From positions 1 through 64,000 of the IMG/VR virus record IMGVR_UViG_3300033183_000058: 64,000 bases of DNA. One strand, 5' to 3'. The notes below the pieces were generated by a model, which saw nothing but the letters and a program-made list of their open reading frames with translations, did no database searches and was not told where the DNA came from. A program made the translations under genes and the position numbers. Shown piece by piece: positions 48,076 to 56,687 of the stretch. This DNA comes from a virus. Each line of letters opens with the position of its first letter. Within the stretch, counting starts at the first letter, position 1.

Positions 48076-49180
48076 GTTTGATTACACTGCAATAGACGAA
48101 TATCAATTGGAAATTACAACTTACTGTAATGCTAGTTGCCCACAGTGTCCTCGTAATGACCTAGGTGGCAAATTAAATCCTTACATGGATCTAGTTCACT
48201 TGGAACGTGATGTAATTGATCGTGCATTTACACCTGAACTATGTAGTAGACTAAGACAGGTATTCTTCTGTGGCAGTTATGGCGATCCTATAGTGCATCC
48301 AGAGTTTTTAGATATACTAAAAGACTTCCGTCGTAAGAATCCAACATTATGGTTATATGTGCATACCAATGGCGGTGCTCATAATCCTGCATACTGGCAC
48401 GAGATGGCTGAGATAATGAATGGCTATGGTCAAGTAGACTTTGGCTTAGATGGATTACAAGATACTCTACACCTATATCGCAAACACGTAGACTATGATA
48501 AAGTTATAGAAAACGCCCAAGCATTTATTTCTGCAGGTGGACGTGCTATGTGGCAGATGATTGTGTTTAAGCACAACGAACATCAAGTTAAAGAAGCAGA
48601 ACAGATTGCTAAAGACATGGGCTTCTTTAAGTTTCTTGCTCGTAAGACTGGTCGTTTCTTCCATCATGGCGAAGAACGTGAACTAGATCATTGGCCTGTT
48701 AAAGATATGCAAGGCGAAGTAGAATACACACTGGAACCGCCGGAAAGTGAACAATGGCGTAACCAAAGTGTTATTAAATTACCAGAACTTAAAAAGCAAT
48801 ATAACGACCTACAGCAATACTTTAAGACCACAGACATACATTGTGATAGCCTACACGGTAAAAAAGTTGCTATGAACGCACAAGGCGTGTTGTTGCCCTG
48901 TAACTTCTTTAATCATAACCTCTATGATGCTAGGTTTAGAGATGGCACACTGCCAGGTAGTAATCGTGGACACACAGTAGACGGAAAGAATCAAGTAAGA
49001 ACATTTTTAGAACAGTATGGACTTGACAATTTAGACATACACAATTATAGTATAGAGGACATATTTAAAAATCCTTTCTGGTCGGACCTAGTTGACACTT
49101 GGTCAAATAACAATAGAATTTTTGAATGTGCTATGACTTGTGGTAAACAATTTACAAAAGTATGGGATCAAACTCGATGA
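48068..49180 (+). CDS. Radical SAM protein with C-terminal Cys region, paralogue of 45120-46034
   Basis: CNASCPQC, CGSYGDP, TNG, ENAQAFISAGG, NEHQV, C-terminal C...PC...CAMTC. Confidence 0.9.
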   Translation: MTKFDYTAIDEYQLEITTYCNASCPQCPRNDLGGKLNPYMDLVHLERDVIDRAFTPELCSRLRQVFFCGSYGDPIVHPEFLDILKDFRRKNPTLWLYVHTNGGAHNPAYWHEMAEIMNGYGQVDFGLDGLQDTLHLYRKHVDYDKVIENAQAFISAGGRAMWQMIVFKHNEHQVKEAEQIAKDMGFFKFLARKTGRFFHHGEERELDHWPVKDMQGEVEYTLEPPESEQWRNQSVIKLPELKKQYNDLQQYFKTTDIHCDSLHGKKVAMNAQGVLLPCNFFNHNLYDARFRDGTLPGSNRGHTVDGKNQVRTFLEQYGLDNLDIHNYSIEDIFKNPFWSDLVDTWSNNNRIFECAMTCGKQFTKVWDQTR

Positions 49181-49761
49181 AAATATTAGTAACCGGAGAC
49201 AACAGAGGCCTAGGCCTAGACATAAAGAACGAATTTTCTGCAGATGGCATAAGTAGACAGTCAGGCTTTGACATTACTCGAGACGTTAAGCAAATTGCAG
49301 AGAAAAGTTTGGAGTATGATGTCTTTATCAACAACGCATTTGATGGTCCCCCACAAGAAGACTGGGCTAACTTTGGCCAAGTTAACTTACTGCTAGAAGT
49401 ATACAAGCAGTGGCGTGAACACAACAAAACAGGTTGGATATTTAACATAGGCAGTATTGGCGAGAAGAGCATAGTTGCTCCAGACCCTGATTGGGAAACC
49501 TACAGGATAGCTAAGTCAGCATTGAGACACGCTAGTCAACAATGCACTCGTGCCTTTAAAGACAACAAAGTCAAATTTAGGACTACGTTGATTAGTCCTG
49601 ACAGGCTTGACACTGAATTATCACGTTCTCGTGATAACTGGACAGGTAACGGTATACAAACTAAGGATATCATTGATTTTATTAAGTATTCTTTGGAAGT
49701 AAATCCTAACACTGTCATCGAGGAGGTCACTTTTTACTGTGGCCTTGATTACTCGGCATAA
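49177..49761 (+). CDS. Short-chain dehydrogenase/reductase (compact)
   Basis: VTGDNRGLG, FINNA, NIGS, YRIAK (YxxxK); ATGA overlap with upstream stop. Confidence 0.85.
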   Translation: MKILVTGDNRGLGLDIKNEFSADGISRQSGFDITRDVKQIAEKSLEYDVFINNAFDGPPQEDWANFGQVNLLLEVYKQWREHNKTGWIFNIGSIGEKSIVAPDPDWETYRIAKSALRHASQQCTRAFKDNKVKFRTTLISPDRLDTELSRSRDNWTGNGIQTKDIIDFIKYSLEVNPNTVIEEVTFYCGLDYSA

Positions 49762-49797
49762 ATGTTAGTGCTACAACTCTTTTAGAAAGGAAACATA

Positions 49798-50238
49798 TTG
49801 TCATACGAAAACCCTTGGATGTTACAAGACTCAATCTTTGACTCTGAAGATATCGGTGACAACTACGGTTTCGTCTATAGAATCACAAACACTACAAACG
49901 GACATGACTACATCGGCAAGAAGTTCTTTTGGCGTAAGGTCACACGTCCGCCACTCAAAGGCAAGAAAAATAAAAGAAGATCATTGGCAGAATCTGATTG
50001 GAAGGAATACTGGGGCTCCAGTGACCGACTACAGGCAGATATAGAAAAATTAGGCAAAGACAAATTCTCAAGGCAAATAATCCATTTGTGCAAATCCAAA
50101 GGCTCAACAAACTATTTGGAGTGCTACTATCAAATGAAAGAGAACGTGCTGTTACGTGATGACAATTACAACGGCATTATTAACATTCGACTTGGTGTAG
50201 GATCTGTTAAAGACGTATTATTAGAAGATTTAAAATAA
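49798..50238 (+). CDS. Small GIY-YIG-family nuclease (catalytic domain only)
   Basis: GFVYRITN..NG.DYIG, YWGSS, YLE, NYN; TTG start with AAGGA SD. Confidence 0.85.
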   Translation: MSYENPWMLQDSIFDSEDIGDNYGFVYRITNTTNGHDYIGKKFFWRKVTRPPLKGKKNKRRSLAESDWKEYWGSSDRLQADIEKLGKDKFSRQIIHLCKSKGSTNYLECYYQMKENVLLRDDNYNGIINIRLGVGSVKDVLLEDLK

Positions 50239-50658
50239 ACAGCCACTGATGCAGATGTATTCTGTGTCCTACGAGGTGATCACTGAGAAGTGTGGAACTC
50301 CTGAGAATAGACTTAGGAACGGGACGGCAACAGGCGAATAAGTTTAAAAACTAAATGATGTAGGCTCTGAGAAAAAGCAACCTACGTGTTGATATAGTTT
50401 GGCTAATCACGGACTATACAGCATCCGCCAGATGAATCTAGAGTAGGGAGCACCGGCTGACCACTTCCGTCCTTAGGGAATCTCTTTTGATTAGTATGAC
50501 GCTAACACGGATGATGCGTGGTCATAATTTGCCTGCGGATAGGTGAATTATGACTTAAATCAGGATGATACGCGAAGGGTATGTAAAAGAAATCAATTAA
50601 CTCTAGTTAAGAATAAAAGGTATGAGCGATAGCGAAATACAGATGTCGTAAGACATCT
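50239..50658 (+). ncRNA. Candidate ~420-nt structured non-coding RNA of unknown family
   Basis: No ORF; more GC-rich than other intergenic gaps; at least ten stems found by hand, with G-U pairs and GNRA loops (GAGA 50285-50288, GTAA 50648-50651) favouring the + strand. Confidence 0.7.
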
Positions 50659-51344
50659 TAAAATGTGTATCCAAAATGATCAATCCAAACACGATGTGCT
50701 TCAGTAACAGTTGCTAGAGTCTTTGGGTTTGTGTAATAGTCCTGATAAGGATTAGGTCTTATCCTGTAACCTGATTTATACTTTGGCATTGTGTCTGGTT
50801 TATACACTTCACCTATATTCTCACAGATACGTGCTACCTCATTATCAAAATCCTCATAACGAATAACATCATCTACAATAACTTCATCACCAATAGTAAA
50901 AACATCTAGGTCATCTGCTAACCATCTAGGTTTCATATCAATAAACCACTCAAACGATTCCCTTACTTCGTCAAATGGCATGTGTGGTTTACGAGCAATC
51001 TTCTTACGTATAGAGTGCATGGTCCACCAAAACTTAGATACCATACGATCCCAAGGATTGCGAATAACACAGATCTTGTAGTAAGACTTCCATACATCCT
51101 CACCTAACAGACTACGCAGTCTTTTAGCACTCATATGATTCCAATATTGATCTTCTTTGATCTTTCTACCATTGTGTCTGGCTCCTGCTATACCATACTC
51201 TGATATAGTTTCTACTCTGTTGTGATCGCCTAGGTCTACTGTGTCGGGTGGTAAACAAAACTGTTCAAGGTATGCTTCAACAGAAGTGCCACCTGTCTTT
51301 TTGGTTTTGAGATATATGAATTTGTGAGTGTGGCTTACAAGCAT
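50658..51344 (-). CDS. Sulfotransferase family 2-like protein
   Basis: FIYLKTKKTGGTS (5'-PSB), IRNPWDRMVS (3'-PB), IRYED, FGYTF; start reassigned to ATG 51344. Confidence 0.85.
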   Translation of the reverse strand: MLVSHTHKFIYLKTKKTGGTSVEAYLEQFCLPPDTVDLGDHNRVETISEYGIAGARHNGRKIKEDQYWNHMSAKRLRSLLGEDVWKSYYKICVIRNPWDRMVSKFWWTMHSIRKKIARKPHMPFDEVRESFEWFIDMKPRWLADDLDVFTIGDEVIVDDVIRYEDFDNEVARICENIGEVYKPDTMPKYKSGYRIRPNPYQDYYTNPKTLATVTEAHRVWIDHFGYTF

Positions 51345-51360
51345 AACATTACTTATAGTC

Positions 51361-51397
51361 AAAAGAAAAGGCCCAGGTATCTCAACGTGAGCCTTTT
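51361..51397 (-). terminator. Rho-independent terminator
   Basis: AAAAGGCTCA...TGGGCCTTTTCTTTT on the minus strand. Confidence 0.7.
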
Positions 51398-51417
51398 AGT
51401 AGGTTTATGCTAGAGAC

Positions 51418-51651
51418 TTACTTCTTGTCCCAGATTGTATATAAAACCCATACTGCGATTAAACCAGCTACGCCTTGATCGCCTAGTGATTTAACGATGC
51501 CAGTTACAGAACCAATAACGTCTGTGCCTGGAAGAAATGGAACTGTGTTACCGCCAAATAAAATTTCTAAAGCGATGAACATTGCCATTAAAGTTACTGC
51601 TAAATGAGCAATCTCGTTAGCCCACTTCTTTACGTTTTCCAATACTTTCAT
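51418..51651 (-). CDS. Small membrane protein (77 aa, two hydrophobic segments)
   Basis: Strong AGGAGGT SD, own promoter and terminator. Confidence 0.8.
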   Translation of the reverse strand: MKVLENVKKWANEIAHLAVTLMAMFIALEILFGGNTVPFLPGTDVIGSVTGIVKSLGDQGVAGLIAVWVLYTIWDKK

Positions 51652-51801
51652 GTAGTATTACCTCCTAAGAAGCCACGCCCTAGTTTATCATCTTCACCAC
51701 AAAACTTTGGTGCGTGAAATAGTATTTAGAGTCTAACACGGGTATAAACAACACAGTTTTTATATTTGTGTTCCGTGCATAATTATAGGCTCTAATACAT
51801 T

Positions 51802-51830
51802 ATTATAGCATTAAATGGCGATTTGGTCAA
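51802..51830 (-). promoter_or_regulatory. Sigma70-type promoter TTGACC-N17-TATAAT
   Basis: -35 at 51825-51830, -10 at 51802-51807. Confidence 0.65.
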
Positions 51831-51831
51831 T

Positions 51832-52065
51832 CTAAAAGAAGGGCATTCTGCTCTTTTTGGTGGTTTCTAGATTTTCCTTGATTATGTCGTTTATGATAGA
51901 TCTTTCTTCCATTGACAGGTGCATGGCTTCTGTATAGCTCAAACCACCACGCATATACCATGCCATTTTGAGACTATCGTTTCTAATACTCTTAGTCTCT
52001 TTTTCCATTCCTTCAACTAGGCCCTCGATCTCTTCAGAGTTCAAGGTCAAGAGCCTTATACGAAA
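51832..52065 (-). CDS. -1 frame extension of the gp26-like chaperone (gp51/GT-like part)
   Basis: Open -1 frame through the NFF slippery site; WYMRGGLSY..AM.LS.EER motif. Confidence 0.7.
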   Translation of the reverse strand, partial: FRIRLLTLNSEEIEGLVEGMEKETKSIRNDSLKMAWYMRGGLSYTEAMHLSMEERSIINDIIKENLETTKKSRMPFF

Positions 52066-52895
52066 AAATTTGACATATCCAATGTAAATGGTTGACTGTA
52101 TTCTTTGCCACATTCCTCGTTAGAACATTTAATGGTCAATGGTTTTATTTCTGTTCCAGCTCTGAGATCACTTAAATGATCACGTATTCTATTAAACACT
52201 TTGCTGTCGCAGTTGGTCATAAACTCTTTGATATGCTCTGGATTGTCTACAGTTTCTCCGTTTACACGAATCAACGATATGCTGTCTCCGATAGCACCCA
52301 TGGTAAGTTTGGTTACGTTTGCTAAGGCTTGTCCTAGTGCAGACATCTTATCTGCTTCTGGTATGTTTTCATCTGCCTGCGCCATCTGCATAACCTTTTG
52401 TTGTTCAAACTGTGCTTTGGCAGTTTCGTTTAGATCAAAGTATGTCATAGGTTTAAAGAATACTTCAAGGTCACTTATCTTTGCAGACTTTGCATAGTCT
52501 GGTGCACGATATTGATCAATGACATTACGTAGATCAAGTGCGTAGTCCTGTGTTTCGTTGCAGTGAGGACAAGTCACAGTCATTTCCATTTCGTGACCAT
52601 AACTGGCAATTCGAACTGCTGTTAACAATAGGTCAACGTCTGTTTGTGGGATCGCCCATGGATCTTTGATGTTTGGTATACAGCTCTTAAATATTTCAGC
52701 AACTGCTGAACCGTTAAACAATGCGTCAGGTGTTCTGTTTACGATCTCATCCATAGCAGTCATTGGAAAGATAGGTATCTCTCCGTTAACAGGCATATCT
52801 AGTGTGCCAGGTGGATAAAATTTACCATCACTAGGTAATTTAACGTAGATTGCAGGTTGTCTAAAATACTTCTGTAAGGGGTTATTTTCGCCCAT
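52056..52895 (-). CDS. gp26: Baseplate hub/tail assembly chaperone gp26-like
   Basis: YVKLPS.G, PMTA.DE, D.D.LL..VRIASYG, CPHC and CSNEEC zinc pairs, terminal NFF; start reassigned to ATG 52895. Confidence 0.8.
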   Translation of the reverse strand: MGENNPLQKYFRQPAIYVKLPSDGKFYPPGTLDMPVNGEIPIFPMTAMDEIVNRTPDALFNGSAVAEIFKSCIPNIKDPWAIPQTDVDLLLTAVRIASYGHEMEMTVTCPHCNETQDYALDLRNVIDQYRAPDYAKSAKISDLEVFFKPMTYFDLNETAKAQFEQQKVMQMAQADENIPEADKMSALGQALANVTKLTMGAIGDSISLIRVNGETVDNPEHIKEFMTNCDSKVFNRIRDHLSDLRAGTEIKPLTIKCSNEECGKEYSQPFTLDMSNFFV

Positions 52896-52906
52896 ATTCA
52901 AATACC

Positions 52907-52936
52907 ATAAATAGTTATATAACACAAATATTTATA
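52907..52936. promoter_or_regulatory. Pair of opposed late promoters: ATAAATA (+, 52907-52913) and TATAAATA (-, 52929-52936)
   Basis: Two late boxes in the 67-nt gap between the divergent gp26-like and tape-measure genes. Confidence 0.7.
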
Positions 52937-52962
52937 TGCGTATATAACCAGGTATTTAATTA

Positions 52963-54882
52963 ATGGAAGAATATGATCCTCAGATAATGCGACAGTTCAT
53001 GGACGAGCTCCAGAGAACCGGTCGAGTAACTAAAGAAACCGCTGACCAAATTGCGGCCTCGGGTTCCACTTTAGAAAAATACATGCAGGAACTTGGCAAG
53101 GCATCAAAAAATGCTAGCGGCGAGATATTAAAAGGTGCTAAAAATCTAGCATTTGGTCTTGTTGAAGGTCAAAGAAGATTCCAAGATTTAAATCCAGTTA
53201 TCGATGGTGTTACTAATGCTATTACAGCACTTAGTGATGCAGTTCCGTTCTTTGGCGGAATAATATCCGGTGTAGCAAGAACAACAGCAGAAGCAGGCAA
53301 GATCATGCTTCGCCAAATGGACATACAGACTAAAGCATTTACTGATGTAGGTGATATTGGCGGACTGGCGGCTGATGGTCTAGAAGGCCTCAAAGATCAA
53401 TTTTTAGATTCTGGATTAACATTAGAATCATATGCAAAAGCTCTACGCAACTCATCAACAACACTAGCAAGATTCAGCGGAACAGTAGCATCAGGCGCTC
53501 AGGTATTTTCACAAGCGTCAGGTATATTAACACAAGGTGTTGATGTTGAACTACGTAGACTAGGCTTTTCAGCAGACGACCTAGGTGAAACACTAGAAGC
53601 ATTTATTGGTCGACAAACAAGATTAGGCAGATCGCAAGGATTAACTGCAAGTCAGTTAGCAAATCAAACACAGGCATACGCAAAAGAACTTGACCTATTA
53701 AGCAGAGCTACAGGTATGAGTCGCAAGGCCATAATGCAACAACAGGATGCGGCCTTAAGTGAAGCAAGATTTAGATCTAGTATAGAAAGTATACAAAACG
53801 AAGGTGTAAGAACTAATCTATTAAACTTCCAGACCAGTGTTGCTTCAATTAGTCAAGGGCTCGGACAAGGTATTAGAGATTTAACCTCAGGTTTCTTCAA
53901 CACTGAAGAAGCACAGGCGTTAATGATACAAACAGGCGGAGCGGCGGCATCTATCCTGGGTGACCTCAGAGGCGGCCTAATTGATGAGTTTGAAGCAAGA
54001 AGAAGATTACAGTCAGCGTTGAGAGATAATAGTAGACAACTACTAACTGATTTAGGTCCAGCAATTGGCGAAGCAAGTTTAGCAACACGTAATGCCGCAG
54101 GTGTATTTGATATTATGAATGCTGACCTAACAGCATCTGGTTTTGATATCCGTAGAGAACAAGATGGTCTAGCAAGTGGCACAAATGATCTAACATCAGA
54201 TATGGTTCAAGCTCAGAAAAACATTGAAGGTATGAATATCGAAATGCAGAGATTGTTCTTGGCCGCTATGCCTAAAGCCGCTGGTGCTGTTGAAGGATTT
54301 ACAGACATCATGCTCGAGGCTATCGGAAAGATCAGTAACCGATTCTTAGGCGAAGCAAAAGAAGAAGACAAGACCAAGTTTGAAAATATTATGGGTCCTA
54401 TAAAGGGATTTGGTAATCCTTTTGATGGATTAGTCATGCAGTCGACTGACGAAGCAACAAAAAACTTGTTAGCCGCTAATGTCAAACCAGATGTAGCAAC
54501 AGTTAAGACAGCACAGATTGCAGGTCTGCATGATGCTAAGAAAATAGCAGGAGCCAGCGACGATGCTCCTTTAGCAAGTATTTTAGGTTTTGATGCTGTA
54601 TCAAAATTTGGTGTAGCAACAGTTGGAGAATTTAAGTCTAAGATCGCAGACATGGACCTATCAAAACCATCTGGTCCAAAACAAACATACTCATCAATGA
54701 CTGCAGGATTAGATACATCAACAGTAGCGACATCTACTACAGAGACTACACAACAAGCAACAATGTCTACTGATATGTCTAATATGTTCAAAATGTTAGC
54801 TGGTAAACTAGACGAAACCAATGATATTCTTACCAAAGGCAACAGAATTGGCGAGAGAACATATCGTTCCAATTTGGCATAA
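52963..54882 (+). CDS. Tape-measure-like protein (639 aa)
   Basis: Ala/Gly/Leu/Gln-rich helical composition, YAKELDLLSRATGMSR; adjacent to chaperone and portal. Confidence 0.7.
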   Translation: MEEYDPQIMRQFMDELQRTGRVTKETADQIAASGSTLEKYMQELGKASKNASGEILKGAKNLAFGLVEGQRRFQDLNPVIDGVTNAITALSDAVPFFGGIISGVARTTAEAGKIMLRQMDIQTKAFTDVGDIGGLAADGLEGLKDQFLDSGLTLESYAKALRNSSTTLARFSGTVASGAQVFSQASGILTQGVDVELRRLGFSADDLGETLEAFIGRQTRLGRSQGLTASQLANQTQAYAKELDLLSRATGMSRKAIMQQQDAALSEARFRSSIESIQNEGVRTNLLNFQTSVASISQGLGQGIRDLTSGFFNTEEAQALMIQTGGAAASILGDLRGGLIDEFEARRRLQSALRDNSRQLLTDLGPAIGEASLATRNAAGVFDIMNADLTASGFDIRREQDGLASGTNDLTSDMVQAQKNIEGMNIEMQRLFLAAMPKAAGAVEGFTDIMLEAIGKISNRFLGEAKEEDKTKFENIMGPIKGFGNPFDGLVMQSTDEATKNLLAANVKPDVATVKTAQIAGLHDAKKIAGASDDAPLASILGFDAVSKFGVATVGEFKSKIADMDLSKPSGPKQTYSSMTAGLDTSTVATSTTETTQQATMSTDMSNMFKMLAGKLDETNDILTKGNRIGERTYRSNLA

Positions 54883-54888
54883 TCAAGG

Positions 54889-54934
54889 TTGACACATTCC
54901 TTTTTATCCGTTAATCTAATAGAGTCGATAAATA
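54889..54934 (+). promoter_or_regulatory. Promoter region of portal gene: TTGACA-N17-TAATCT and late box ATAAATA
   Basis: -35 54889-54894, -10 54912-54917, late box 54928-54934. Confidence 0.55.
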
Positions 54935-54957
54935 CACCTAGACACTAGGAAAAACGG

Positions 54958-56679
54958 ATGGCAACATACAGAAAACATTTTTCAGCGAGAACAGACGGAT
55001 CACTAAGCCCAATTAGTGGTATCACAATGGATCGAACCAGCGGACAAGGTGGTAACAACAACGACTTTGCATTCCGCAACTACCAATCAAGATTACCTGA
55101 GGTATATTCAGGACATCCTAACAGGGTAGAGCGTTACAATCAATACGAAGCCATGGACATGGATTCAGAGATCAACGCATGTTTAGATATTATTGCAGAG
55201 TTCTCAACACAGCAAAATGAACAAAACGGCACAGCATTTGATATTGAGTTTAACGACAGTCCAACTGATCGTGAAATTGATATTATCAAGAAACAACTAC
55301 AGCAGTGGGTTAAACTAAACAAGTTTGATCAACGTGCATTTAAAATGTTCCGTAACACCATCAAGTATGGTGATCAAGTATTCATCCGTGACCCAGAAAC
55401 ATTTGAACTATACTGGGTTGACATGTCAAAAGTTTCTAGAGTTATTGTCAACGAAGCAGAAGGTAAGAAACCAGAACAGTATGTGGTTAGAGACATTAAC
55501 CCTAACTTTGAGAACTTGACAGTAGCGGCCAAAACAACACAAGACGTTGCTATGAATCCTCCTACACAGGGCGGATATACAGCACCTAACAACTACACAG
55601 CACCGAATGCCGCATATGGTGCAGGCAATAGATTCCAACAAGCACTGAACGAATTATGTATTGATGCCAAACACGTGGTCCATCTAAGTCTATCAGAAGG
55701 ACTGGACAGTTCCTGGCCATTTGGTATGTCAGTGTTGGAAAACGTTTATAAAGTATTCAAACAGAAAGAATTGTTAGAAGACGCACTATTGATCTACAGG
55801 GTGCAACGTGCTCCGGAACGTAGAGTATTTAAGATTGACGTAGGTAACATGCCGAGCCACATGGCAATGGCCTTTGTGGAACGTATTAAAAACGAAGTGC
55901 ATCAACGTAGAATACCTACAGCAAATGGTGGGTCAGGTAGTTTAATGGATGCCACATACAATCCATTATCAATCAACGAAGACTACTTCTTCCCAACGAC
56001 AGCAGACGGTAGGGGGTCAAGTGTTGACGTATTACCGGGAGGACAGAATCTAGGCGAGATTGATGATCTACGTTACTTCAACAACAAACTATCAAGAGGA
56101 CTAAGAGTTCCAAGTTCATACTTGCCAACTGGTCCAGACGATAGTCCAGCACCATTAAATGACGGTCGTGTAGGCACGGCACTTATCCAAGAGTATAGAT
56201 TTAATCAATACTGTATGCGTCTACAGAACCAGGTCAGCCAGAAGTTAGATGACGAGTTCAAGATGTTCCTGCGTTGGAGAGGCTTTAACATTGATAGTTC
56301 GATCTTCACTATCAAGTTCAATAGCCCACAAAACTTTGCAAGTTACAGACAGGCAGAACTGGACAGTCAACGTGTCAACGTATTTGGACAGCTAGAAGCA
56401 TTACCATACATGAGTAAACGTTTCTTGATGCAGAGATTCCTAGGTCTAAGTGAAGAAGAGTTATTAGAAAACGAGAACCTATGGTCAGAAGAACGTGCAG
56501 AATCTGAACCATTAACACCGAGTGGCGCGGACATGCGTTCAGTTGGCGTAACACCGGGTAACATTGAAGGTGATCTAGAAACGGCAGATGATCTAGATGC
56601 TGACCTAGAAGCACCGGATATTACGGAACCAGCAGGTGATGAAACACCGCCAGGTGCGGAAACTCCTCCAGGAACATAA
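54958..56679 (+). CDS. gp20: Portal protein gp20
   Basis: LLEDALLIYRVQRAPERRVFKIDVGNMP, EDYFFP..GRGS.V..LPGGQNLGEIDD..YF..KL..GLRVPSS. Confidence 0.96.
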   Translation: MATYRKHFSARTDGSLSPISGITMDRTSGQGGNNNDFAFRNYQSRLPEVYSGHPNRVERYNQYEAMDMDSEINACLDIIAEFSTQQNEQNGTAFDIEFNDSPTDREIDIIKKQLQQWVKLNKFDQRAFKMFRNTIKYGDQVFIRDPETFELYWVDMSKVSRVIVNEAEGKKPEQYVVRDINPNFENLTVAAKTTQDVAMNPPTQGGYTAPNNYTAPNAAYGAGNRFQQALNELCIDAKHVVHLSLSEGLDSSWPFGMSVLENVYKVFKQKELLEDALLIYRVQRAPERRVFKIDVGNMPSHMAMAFVERIKNEVHQRRIPTANGGSGSLMDATYNPLSINEDYFFPTTADGRGSSVDVLPGGQNLGEIDDLRYFNNKLSRGLRVPSSYLPTGPDDSPAPLNDGRVGTALIQEYRFNQYCMRLQNQVSQKLDDEFKMFLRWRGFNIDSSIFTIKFNSPQNFASYRQAELDSQRVNVFGQLEALPYMSKRFLMQRFLGLSEEELLENENLWSEERAESEPLTPSGADMRSVGVTPGNIEGDLETADDLDADLEAPDITEPAGDETPPGAETPPGT

Positions 56680-56687
56680 ATATTACT

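Noticed and set aside
49798-50238. Mobile homing endonuclease element
   Set aside because: No intron context, no NUMOD/HTH DNA-binding tail and no flanking repeats; kept only as a small nuclease.
50390-50420. GATATAGT and GGACTATA resemble group I intron S and R (P7) elements, next to a GIY-YIG gene
   Set aside because: They are in the reverse order and form a local hairpin; no P/Q elements and no interrupted host gene are evident.
50239-50658. tmRNA, RNase P RNA, tRNA or hammerhead identity for the structured region
   Set aside because: No GGGG..CCA acceptor/T-arm, no GAGGAAAGTCC, no CTGATGA...GAAA core.
51735-51770. Imperfect inverted repeat AACACGGGTATAAA/TTTATATTTGTGTT
   Set aside because: AT-rich and dependent on G-T pairs on the strand opposite to local transcription; significance cannot be supported.
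52896-52925. ORF-track starts at 52925, 51362, 60875, 47512, 49162 and 18136
   Set aside because: They lie upstream of or within promoter boxes or lack SDs; downstream starts fit better.
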